A stretch of DNA of 62,221 nucleotides, filler included, from Choristocarpus tenellus KU-1152 (taxonomy: Eukaryota; Protista; Phaeophyceae), in assembly GCA_964200185.2 (NCBI GenBank). It is 8 parts of 8 records of this genome, joined end to end, with 100 filler letters (N's around TTAATTAATTAA, not from the genome) between each part and the next. Parts side by side here need not be neighbours in the genome. Positions count along the whole stretch, not along the records: positions 11,878 to 15,380 come from CAXNAD020019586.1; positions 15,481 to 25,981 come from CAXNAD020002892.1; 6 more parts are not named here. One strand, given 5' to 3'. Of this stretch, positions 11,878 through 22,926 are shown piece after piece. Both the position numbers and the translations under genes were made by a program. The notes under the pieces were generated by a model. The model had not been told where the DNA came from, ran no database searches, and saw only the letters and a list, made by a program, of their open reading frames with translations. Every line of letters begins with the position of its first letter. The first letter of the stretch is position 1.

Positions 11878-13940
11878 CCGATCCAGCTTTCTTACCGCCC
11901 TTGTAGACGTGTTGGACCGAACGCCCTTCCGTATGCCCTTGCTCATAGAGCAGCCCGCACATGGCTCCAGCTCACCCACCAATGTAATGCCCATTGAAGT
12001 GGCGGTGGACTTGAACAATGCCTCGTGTGCGTGGCCATAAGAGCGGTGAAAGAGGTTAATGTCGATCTCCGTGTGGAGAGTGTGGGGTACAAGCGAGGGG
12101 GCTATAGTGGCCTTTAAAGCAACTTCAGCATTTCGATCTAGTCGCGGCAATATGCGTTGACATGGAGGGTGTAGTGGTAACCCAGGATCTCGTTTGAAGG
12201 TAAGTACTCCATCTAATAGCGAGAATGTGCTGACTGTGAAAGTGCCTTTGCACCCTTGCCAGCTGCTGCTTGGCAAGAGGAAAGGTTGAATCCTAGATCA
12301 GAGACATGGGCGACATTTTGAAGGAGTATTTCTACCTTCTTGTTGTCACGTAATGGAAACAAGATGATTAGATCACCATGACCAGCGATGCAAAATGAAT
12401 TTTGACTAGCATTGACTATCCTTTGGTCTCCAATGCAAGGTTTGTAGTTAGTCGTGTGAGTTATCATATTTGTTATGTCCGCACTGTCCAAAATCCATCT
12501 TCTCTCTCGCAGCCAACTCCAACTCTTGACGCCAAACATTCGTTTGCCCCACACTTGCCTGGAGCATTGCTGCTCGGAGAGGCCTCAGTAGCGACCAGTA
12601 GTGCGTATTGCTTGTCGCCGCAGCTGGTGGTGCTATTCACAGTAATGTGGGAAGTATTCGCCTCGGTCTTGATCTCTTCCTTCCCAGAGTCCACCGTAGT
12701 CAAGAACACCGAAGTACACGTTGATGCATCATGGGCACGTCCACCACATTTGGTGCAAATGCGGTTTGGGCAAGATGGCTTCTCATGTCCATGCTTACCG
12801 CATCTCTCACAAGGAATCTTCTCGGAACGTTTTGAGTTGGAATTAGAACCATATTTATTTCTTCCACCAAAAAATTTACATTCGACCCTGCGACCTTGGC
12901 CGTTTCGATGAGATCCACTCTTCCCTTGCGATGAGCTATTAACAACCAAAGCATGGCTGTTCTTGTGTCTTGAGTCCTTGCCCTGATGAAGGGAAGCATA
13001 TCACTCTCTAGCAGTTTTCTTTATGTCTGCTCGACATCGTGTTCTCTGCAAGGCCATCACGCGTATCTCAGTATCGTAACCTGATCCAAGAGTACTCAGG
13101 AACTGTAGGAGCAGCAGCTTGTCCGAGATCACCAGGTCCATTGATTGCATCCTATCCCTCGAACCTCTTCCAGATGGTTTAAGGTGAGGATCGGATTCGC
13201 CCCCTTCTCCACCTTTGAGGTGAAAAATTCACGGAACAAATGTTGACTATTACCCACTGTATTAGGCATGAACCAACCACCTATTGCTCGGAAAAGCTCG
13301 CTCGGGCTTTGATGTGTATAGCGCAGTGCCCTGGTGGTGGGTGCAACGAGAGCAACAGTAAGTGCATGGTAGGCCTCTTCGGCCATCCAGATATCGTTCG
13401 CACTTAAGCCGTCCGAGAGAAGTTCCTCGTAGGAGCGTTCTTGATTGACTGGTCTTTGACTTGTCAACGCATCCACACAGTGAGTATATCGGCAATGCAC
13501 GGTGAAACGTCTCCGCCAGTCCCGATAGTCCGAGTCGTCCAATAGTTTCGGTGGTTGGGTTCTCGATCTCTTCGTCGTAGGACGAACAATATGTTCGCCT
13601 GTCCCCAAGCTCTCCGAAGAACCGAACCTCCGACTTGCTCCACTTCTGATGCTCCCAGCATCCAAACTGTTTCCCTTCTCTGAGAAATTTTCCCTCAACA
13701 TGGGTTCCATAGGACCCTCTTCGACTGGTACACCCCCAGCCGGAGGCCGTGTGCTGGGCACAGCGGCCTGGATGACGGGATGATTTCCGTCGCCGACTCT
13801 TTCAGACTGAACCATGAGTTGCCAACGTTTCTTGACAATTCCGCTACCGTCGCCATAAGCTGTCTGAATTCTTGGACAGATGGGCCCTCGGAAGGAACAG
13901 CTTCCCGCAATTCTTGAATCGCATCTCCTCGGGTAGACAT
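11878..13940 (-). mobile_element. Decayed Ty1/Copia LTR retrotransposon (gag, zinc knuckles, protease, GAG-pre-integrase)
   Basis: Gag-like DYRDWRRRF...LTVAL...PSELF; two CX2CX4HX4C knuckles (CERCGKHGHEKPSC, CTKCGGRAHDASTC); protease WILDSA...VAHVSDLGFNL; pre-integrase LFHRSYGH...CAGCSMSKG. Several frameshifts; runs into a gap. Confidence 0.93.
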
Positions 13941-14513
13941 GATGAAATGATGGGTGAAAAACTAAGGTTCAATATACTGTGTTAAAGTATCCCCAAAAAC
14001 ATCAAAGAGGGTAAAGGTTATAGACCCGGCGAGATTGCTTGGTGTCCGTAGAGTGATTGATTAAATTCAGGTGGGGCATGCAAGTCCCCATAAAATCAGA
14101 AATATTTCCATTTATATGAGAAAGTTTCTCCTTCAACAAATCACTAGTAAAAGGTTCTGATAACTCAACCACTAATTGATTGTTCCGTTACTCCATACAT
14201 ATTTTATCGTAACTGTTCGATAGGGTTGGGAAGAGTCTAATCGAACAGATCTCTTCACCTGTGTTCTCCGCAATACCAGAGAATATCTGCACATCGTCAA
14301 TATACCTCCCTCTACCAAGGATATAGAAAATCCGGGTCGAGGAATGGCGGCAACCCTGCCAAAATTGAAACACTTTTTATTTGTGCAAGAGAAGACCGAA
14401 CATCTATACTCCTTGCCAACCTTATTGAAAGAGGATCTTCCTCCTCCCGTAAGTCCGGGATTGGTTGGAGCACTGTCACCCACTCTGACGCAAACCTGGG
14501 ACAAATCACTCAC

Positions 14514-14780
14514 CTGTAGCTCCACGGGTATCCCCTGGCATCCCATTGCATCACTACAACCTTCCCGACCAAACCAACGCTTTGGCTTGCATTCTCCAAC
14601 CTGTTTCGTCTAGAACGAGAACGGCAATCAAAATCTCCTCCTGATCTTCTTGGCCTCTTGTGTACTTGGTTTCATCATGTGTACCTCCCATTCTAACATC
14701 TTCATCCAGGCATTGTCCCTGTAATCGGTCCATGGGTGGGATCTGTGGCGTTTTGGCTCACCTTTTTGTTTTGTCCCTCC
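14514..14780 (-). pseudogene. PIF/Harbinger transposase N-terminal relic
   Basis: Translates as PWTDYRDNAWMKML...PSTQEAKKIRRRF*LPFSF*...KRWF...DAMGCQGIPVELQ followed by a GT donor. Resembles the FRRRFRxP...WF...DxxGxxxIPxELK pattern I associate with algal Harbinger transposases; two in-frame stops. Confidence 0.65.
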
Positions 14781-15729
14781 TCATTAGAATCTAGAATGGT
14801 TGCAACGACTTCAGTCATTTCAAACATATAAAGTCCTCAAATTCTTTGTCACGGTCACAGGTAGAGTTTTCCATGGTCTTTCCTCAACATTTGTAAGTTA
14901 TTGTGGAGGAGAACCTCAATTTGCAATATTTTTTTCATTGCTCGCAATCCCATCAAATATCACCCCTAATAATCATAACCAGAAAATTCAGACAAGATTT
15001 CTGTGCATACATATATAGTATGAGTATGGGAGAAATGAAAACAAACTTAATGTACATGTGAAACAGGTGGAAAAAAGCCGACAGGTTCTTCGAAATGAAG
15101 GGGAGCGGGAAGACCCATAGAAGGACAGATCAACGAGAGGCAAAGTCAAAGAGGGAGAAGAGCAATCCCTCAGAAGTTCACTCAGGGAAAAAAGAGTAAA
15201 GAAGTGTAAAACTGAAGGAGGGGGGATTTGGAAGGGCACTCCTGTTAAAGAAATTGGTGTTCCCAAGACTTGTGTATGTAAATAACTCGATTATTTTCTA
15301 ATTATGTAGAACAGGTTGTACATGAAGTAAGGAAAGTGTTAGAAAGGAGAGTGAGCTTCAAAGCTCAAAGGGGGGCATCANNNNNNNNNNNNNNNNNNNN
15401 NNNNNNNNNNNNNNNNNNNNNNNNTTAATTAATTAANNNNNNNNNNNNNNNNNNNNNNNNNNNNNNNNNNNNNNNNNNNNAGGGGGGGGGGGGGGGGTTG
15501 TGGGGGCACGGTAAAAAAGAGGGGGAAACGGGGAGGGGGGGGGGGGGGGGGGCATGGGTAGAACTGGAGAGAGTCTGTGGTGGATGAGCAGAGGATGAAG
15601 TCCTCACATAACTGGTTGTGCTGTAGTGCGAGATTGGAAGGTGTGATGTTCAGCCTCACAGGCCAGCGTAGATGTTGTGTTAAGATTTGAGTTATTTGTT
15701 TCCAATTTTGGGTGAATGGAGGAACTCAA

Positions 15730-16320
15730 GTGGGAAAAAACATGAAGAGGGCATTAATTCCGTTTGACATCACGAATGCCATGTCATATGTTTTTGCCAA
15801 GCTAACTTCACGCCCAGATATCACCTTTGAGGATTTCAAATGACAATTATCTCGTTGATCACCCCACCTACACTCCAACCAAGGCGAGAAAGACGGATTG
15901 ATGGCCATGCATGTACTGCTATGGGCCACTACAGGGGCACAGCTGGAATTTTCCCCGAATCTAATCGATGTGAATACTGCCTGAAAAGGAGTCGTAATTG
16001 ATGGAAATGTATTTGGCCGGCAATCCCTCAGCAGAATGCCAAGAGGCTGTGGCGGTTGCAAGTCAATTCCCTCCTCCGCCTGCAAGATCAGTCCCATATC
16101 CAGTCAGGGTGGACGGCCACAGAGGGAGAGGTTGAGCAACAGAGATCAAGTGTGCTCCTTCCCTCATTGTTCATGGTGGCAGCAGGCGAGGGTATTCAGG
16201 ACAATAGTGTGATGTTCAGCTTCTCAGGGGACAAGAAGATCAGCATCCTGCTGACTCCAGAGCCAAAGTGCACTGTACTCCCTGCTGAGAAGACTTGGTC
16301 ATCCATATGGGAACTGAGCG
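15730..16320 (-). pseudogene. Probable CryptonS-type tyrosine recombinase relic
   Basis: Across frameshifts: TSIRFG (cf. HSIRKG), SVFL/RLGWSVGG (cf. RxGWSxG), SGREVS...F (cf. GRxVxG...F), in the expected order. Confidence 0.4.
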
Positions 16321-19300
16321 CTTTTGTATTTATTTGTGCTTCTGGCATCACCATTGGTGTGTGATATGGGGTGCATGAAAATATTCTGATATCAGAATTT
16401 TTGATATCTTGATATTGCGGTCAAGGGCATGAGACAAGGCAAAAGGACCCTGTGCATAGTAGGCAATAGAGGGTCAATTTAGCTGTTGCCTGATCTCTTT
16501 GTTCAGGACTGGGAATCTTTGGTGAGATGGGTGATAACGAATCAGTTCTACCCAATTGAAGACGTGAAGGAATTCTCCCCACATTTTTATTGAAGAAGTC
16601 AGGGATGTTCCTAAACCAACACACGTGATACTATCCAATACTCTGAAGGACCAACAGAAGACAGAAGCTGACCCTGCACCATTGGGACAACATTCTCAGG
16701 TACATCAACCCATTCACCATTAAGCACTCGGAAAAGTGTGTCCTTGCAACCACGATGATGTTGAAACAGATTACACTTCTCCAGGTGCTTAATGGTGAAT
16801 GTGCTGATGTTCCTGAGAGCATTGGGCCTATCGTGCTTGGTCAGCTTCTGTCTTCTGTTGTTGTACTGTGTGGGTTAGGGTTAGGGTTAGGGTTAGCTCT
16901 CAGGCTGTATGTTGGGGTGGGAATCTTGAGGCGTTTGGGAAATGAGGAATTGGGAGTAGTTAGTCTAGTGGGAGGACATAGGGCGATTGGGGGGGCTTGT
17001 TGTGAATATGGCAACAGTCATAAGGCTTTTGATCAATTCTTGAAACGCTTTCGCAGCTCTCTTCTATACCCGTGTTGGTCTACGCTATGTAATCCACCTA
17101 TAACGTTGGTGGGGCAGGGCAACTGCAAATACAGGTCCTGTTAAGTCCTGGGCTTTATCATGCCCAGCAGGCTTGCCGTTTCCTCATTGCCCCCATCATA
17201 AGAGGTGGTAGATACTTCGACCCCATCCTTGTTCTATGTATTTCCCACTTATACTCTACACCTCCCACTTTGGTGAGGTGTGCTTGGATTAGGACTGTTT
17301 CAGATGAATAAGAGAGGCAGTTGGCGGGGATGGATATGTGTTCAGCTTTCAGCTATTAATTTATTAAGGGAGGGGGCTGAGGCAAAAATAACCCTGATCC
17401 TAGCTCGTTGCATAGGTTAAATCGACTGTGTCATTTCATTGATGATTGCTGTCTGGCACCTTGTGTCAATCTCCTTTTGCTGCTTCTGGTGGAATGTTCT
17501 TGAGTGGTGGACTGTTGTGGGCTTAGAGAAGAACCTGGGGTAGGGGTGACTGGTGTGGTGTGTAAGAGACCATATCAACTGCTCAGCACAGAAAACCCCC
17601 CTGTGATTGCAGTTACACCACGTGCGCTTCATGACCAGCCTTGCCATTTCTACTTGGCCCCTTATCCAAAGGCTGTTGGGGCATTGCTCAAACATATGTG
17701 TGTTTGGATCGGCATGAAGTCATATTTTTCTTGAGGAAGGACATAATTAAGTTATTGTTTGTACACCACGCTTGTCATTTATTTGTTGGTTAATAGAAGG
17801 AGTGGTCACTAACCCTAACCCTAATGTCATGGGCTTCTTACGTAATTGACTTGCTATACTTCGGCATCTGGTTAGGTCCTGGTTGTTTGTGGTATGTCAC
17901 TAACTCTGCTCTCCCTCTCTGCTCTTTGTGGGCGGTGGTTGGTGAAAGACTGGAAATTTTTGAGGAGAGTGGCTGGCAGGATGATCTGTCTGACAATGTG
18001 TGAAAATGAAATGAACATGTGGTTATATGGTGAGGGTTTAATCGTCACTCTGTATCTCCATCCTGTCCTTCCCCTGCCTGCTTTATGTAGGGGTGTTATA
18101 GATTGGCTTGCTTTGAGTTGACAGGGAGGGTGGGAGGGTTGATAAGTGGATTAGTAGATGTCCTGTGTATAGTCTGTCGTTTTGGAGGAACTGGTGAAGG
18201 AGAAGCATGCCCCAACCATATCCGATCGAGTGGACAACTGGTATAGTTGCTGTGACTCAAAACGTTGACTCCCCTGTTGAGCTGGGGGGAAGGATTGGTG
18301 TTGAGGTCACATTGGAATTACAAGGAGGAAAGGTGTGTCTAGGGGAGGGAGCATACATTTTGTATTCTACCATGGATTTGCTGGAGGGACTAGCTGTGTA
18401 GGCTGTGGCATGATGAGGCCATGATGATCATCATGTATGGATCCAGCGTTCAGTCATCTCTGTATAGATAGGCTGGGGGCTGGGGCCGAGGCTCTGTTAC
18501 TCTAAGTGGTATGCAACATCTTCACCCCCCTGCATAAGGGGCCTTCACTTGAATATATCCATGAGAACTGTCCATGGTAGGTTGTACATCTTCTGAATTA
18601 TTCTCTTCTCCTGCCCCACAGGATGTCGCCAGTCAAGTCATGAAGATTACCAATCAGCAAGATGTGTTCTGAGGATAGATGCAATTGATGTTTGTGTAGG
18701 ACCAAGGATGTGAAAGGTCCCTCGCTTCCTGTCCTGCTTCTAGCAACACCTTCTACCATAATGCCACCCTCATTGACACTCACCTTAACCTACGTCAACG
18801 CCCTAGCATGGCGTGCCCAGCAAGCTGTGACCCCTTTGACACTTCAAATTGAATCTATTGTCCGTAGGTCTCATTTTCTTCAACTGTACTCCTTATTCCA
18901 TGGATTTTACGTTTCTCATTTATAGTTTCCCCCACCTTCAACAGGGTCTACCAAGACCTAGCTAGAGTGGACCCTGTGTCTTGCCCTCTCCCCCTACCAA
19001 GTGTCATCAATCATTAGAGTATTTAGGAGCAAATATTAGCAGCAGTGTTTATCCATTACATGCAGGTTAGTGTACACCGCTGTTGAGCCCCTGTCCCCTT
19101 CGAATGTGACTGTCTCCTTTGATGGAGGTTGGGGCATGGACAATCTTGGGAGAAGAGGGCAAACTGTACTCTGTGTTTATGACCTTGCTCTTATATCAAC
19201 ATTTCAACTCTTGCTTAATGTGATTTCTTGCAGAGGATCCAGTGCTGAACACAGCATGCACCACTCCAGCGTAGAACTTGTGTTTGCTGCCTCTACGTGA

Positions 19301-19668
19301 ACTATTGTAAGCAGGAGCGTAGGCCACATACCATGGTGGTCGACAACAACAGTATGATCACGAATCTTGTACCCCTTAATATGGGAAGCCGTTTTGAAGG
19401 CAATACAATGTATACAAAGCACATGACAGTAAAAGAGCTATAGACTAACTTCGTCAAATTTTTGCTACAAGTGTGCAATATCGGTTGTTTCAAATGCCTC
19501 ATCTGATTTGCCATTGTATGCATCTTCTCTTATGTGAATGACATTTATATACCATGCACACTAGAAACAAGGTCCAGCTCCTTTTCTTGACCCTCAGCCT
19601 GACATGCGACTGTCCCTTGTATACATATTGGTTGTCCTTTTGTTGTGCTACATTGGCAAATTGGTCAG

Positions 19669-22600
19669 ACTGTATTCGCTCCTGAGCGCAACTCTGACAC
19701 CAACCCCCTCAAACATGATGTGGCTGGGCTAGTGTCCGTGGAGAAGGGGGGGGAAAGTTTCATATTTTATGTGACTTCGGCAGCCAATCCTCAGCTAGAC
19801 CGAACAGGACTGGTTATTGGACAGGTGAGACACCTTACTACTCAACAGGATGGAAAATGCTTGTTGATGAACCTCTGCTATGGGAGTATTCAACCTCTAA
19901 TGTAATGTGAAATAAATTATATTGCTTTTGAACCCGTCATCATCCTCTCCTAACCACGGCATTGATTCCATTGATTCAGCTATCTGGAGTGCCAGACTTT
20001 TACGTATTTGCACCATTTTACTTAAATGCAAGCTTAGTGACAAGCTCCCCTTACAGATGATGCAAGTAAGAAGTGCTGGTTGGATGACTGACTGGGTAGG
20101 TTAGGTAGGTAGGTAGGTAGGTAGGTAGGCAATTTCCCCTTTCACGTGTGTGCATGTGTATTCACGTTTTTTGCACAATTTTTCTGGAGCATTTTTTGAA
20201 AACTCTGAACAGTATGACTTCTACTGTAGTGATGTCAACATTATGTTTCATTTTTATGTGATCTGTAACATTATCCTTCTGATAGAATATAGGCTGCCCT
20301 TCATGCAACAATTTGTTCGAGGAGATCGGTCAGATGATATTATACTTATACATCTACCATAGTGTTGTTCTAATAAAGCTCCAGCTCAGTGAGACGAGAT
20401 AGATTCCCCCAACCTCACCCCATTCTAAGGAGTAGACCATTGAAATCTTTTTATGTAGTCAACACCATATGTGAATCAACATTACCCCTCAATTTGACTT
20501 TAATTGGTGCTTTTGTGTTTGTGTCTGACTTGGTGCGACCTTAGAGGTGAAGTACTCAATTCCATGTGAGCTCACCATCTCTGAACGCTTTGTTTTTCAT
20601 TTCAAACGGACTGTAGTGTTGTGCCCAGATTGGACCGAGCTCATCAAAACACAGTCCCTACTTTTTAAAAAATATGGCAAATTGACCGAGAAAGCTGGTG
20701 AAAATTAGTGTGTACGACGGACGTTGGAAGTTCATTTGAAAACTTAAAAATAGTGCGCATGGAACTGCGCTACAGGTCTCCATTATGAGACTTTTTTTTA
20801 ATAGAGAAAATTAAATCTAGGTGCCTCGAGTTACTGATTTCTTGGATACATTTGCCAACCGTAGTTCTTAAGAAAATGACGTGAAGAGGTTACAACACCA
20901 CTTGAATCAGTCTGAGTCACTCTGTAGCTCCCAGCAACATCGTTTGTAGTAGTGGAGCTTTCAACTGCGGGGAACTAAAGAACAGACCCAGGTGCTCGTC
21001 CTTGCTTTGAAACGATGGAAATCCTGAAGTCACTAGTTGTTTTTACTCAACTATTACTACGATATAGCTAGGCGCAAGTCAGACTTTACAATATGAATTG
21101 TTCTCACAAGATCAGATCTTATCTGCCCGAGTGATCAGATCTTATCTGCCCGAGTGATCAGATCTTATCTGCCCGAGTGATCAGATCTTATCTGCCCGAG
21201 TGGTTAGGTGTTCTCGCTTGAGGAGCTCCGTTGGTAGAGCGCGGCTCTGATAAAGCCGAGGTCCTGGGTTCGAGCCCCGGCGTGAGTAGTGCTTTTCTGA
21301 TAATTTTTAGTCGGGATACACATACCCGACATCAAATTTGTATTTTGCTCTTTCCGTGCGCATTGTGGAATGTTGTAATCTCGACATAATGCGTGACTGA
21401 CATCTACAGGAATGATGACTGGTGGTGTCAATGATATACCCATCTTTGGTGCTGATAACTGAAAGTAATTTGACGAGAGGTACACAAGAGGTGACCGAGC
21501 CTTGATAACTAGACATGGACGATGGTTCCACCCTTGGAAGAACGTGGTACACCTTCCTTGGCCAAGTCTGCTGCGTGGTACAGCATCTATGCTTGCCTAC
21601 TACTACTGATGATAGGGATGCATGGATCAAATTTTATATTTTCTAGGGACTGGTGCAAGGGTATAAGCAAGGATGCCCCATGCTCCACACCCACTGACAT
21701 CCTGGCAGGGGTGAACATGCATTTGCCTTATTAGTCCACGACATAGACCCAGATAGGTACTCTACTATGTTACCTGCAAAGGATGCAAAAACAGTAGCTG
21801 GTGGGGATTGAAATAATATACAGTTGCATATATAATGAGAAAACGAAATTGAACTGTTTTTGGTTGAACTTTTGGTGCAAAACGCTTACAAATCACCAAG
21901 TGGCACATGGCATTTCGAGGCAAGAAACTCCAAAGCCTCCACGGGTCTCTCCAGGCAGATCTGAAGTCATGAGCGTGTAGTGAGTAGTGACACCTTGTGA
22001 CTAACATCTGGTTCTGTGATCTCTGATAAGTTCAATCACTCTTCTTCTTGCATTCTGATGAAAGATGAAAGAAATAGGTAAATAAATGACTGAACTTTTC
22101 AGTTCAGTTATGGGTTATTCCGATTAATTGAACTGAAGCTGATTGAACTGTCACGGTTTACAACACTACAAGTAGCAGATTTAAGGGCGAGCTTCGAAGT
22201 TGTGGGAGTGAGTTGCAAGAGATTACTCCAGAGTAATTGCAGACTGAATCAACTAATAATCCATTTCAAGTATATCTGCTATGTTTATATGATAGTCCTT
22301 GTTGAATTCGTCTCTCAGCTATTTTGCCCTTTTTTGGACTACCTTTCCACCAGAGGTCTTGACCCTAAGTATAACGCCATTGGAAATATTAGTATTAATA
22401 AATGACAAAATGGTATTCCCACTTGACATCTTCCAGAAATTGTCAGTGGAGAGAAAAACCTGAAAAAAAATGTTGTACACTGGTGAATAAAACAAACACA
22501 TAACAGAGTATGTAGTGCTTACACCATATCATTGACCTTCCAATGTCACACAAGTCGTTTTACTGTATCCTCCTTTGTGCTTCGATCAATCAGAAACTCA

Positions 22601-22926
22601 AGAGTGGACGAGTTCTTGCAGTTGGCTTAAGCAAATAGTCCAGATGGTTGTGCTTTGTCCGTGATCATTGTGAGGAGCACACACTTTTCGTATGGTCCAA
22701 CTGTGTTTTAACCTGGTTATGTCATTCCATTGCTTTTGTCACCCACGCGCTCTTTGTCTGCACCCCCCTTGTATGTACTATTTCCAACACTCACGTGCCA
22801 TCACAGGTGTTGGAGGGCATGGATGTGTTAGCCAGGCTCAATAGCCTGCCAACCAATGGATATACTGGGGCACCCTTGAGGAAAGTGTCGATATCTCGCT
22901 CTGGTTTGCTTGGCAAACGCTTGTGA
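19669..22926 (+). CDS. Cyclophilin-type PPIase-like protein, last two exons (divergent, plastid CYP28/CYP26-like)
   Basis: Exons 19669-19824 (PLKHDVAGLVSV...FYVT...PQLDRTGLVIGQ) and 22807-22926 (VLEGMDVLARLNSLPT...PLRKVSISRSGLL...stop), joined in phase 0. Candidate upstream exon 16785-16839 (CADVPESIGPIVLG). Confidence 0.8.
20094..20129. repeat. (GTAG)n microsatellite
   Basis: Tandem GTAG units. Confidence 0.9.
21110..21201. repeat. Perfect 23-bp tandem repeat x4
   Basis: GATCAGATCTTATCTGCCCGAGT x4 with no spacers. Confidence 0.95.
21216..21288 (+). tRNA. tRNA-like sequence / pseudo-tRNA with anticodon GAT (Ile)
   Basis: D arm GCTC/GAGC; anticodon arm CGGCT-CTGATAA-AGCCG; T arm CTGGG-TTCGAGC-CCCGG. 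Acceptor stem is weak (3 G-U pairs, 1 mismatch), U8 is G, and a T4 run follows. Confidence 0.7.

Larger units (their letters stand above)
21099..21331. mobile_element. LTR-like module (TG...CA) with 23-bp repeats, tRNA-like unit and terminal hairpin
   Basis: Begins TGTTCTCACA, ends GTCGGGATACACATACCCGACA. No exact TSD (TGAAT vs TCAAA). Confidence 0.5.

Noticed and set aside
21110-21201. 23-bp repeats as a CRISPR array
   Set aside because: Units are directly adjacent with no spacers; eukaryotic intron; no cas genes.
21216-21288. Functional tRNA-Ile gene or organellar insertion
   Set aside because: Weak acceptor stem, U8 missing, no organellar flanking sequence; kept only as tRNA-like.
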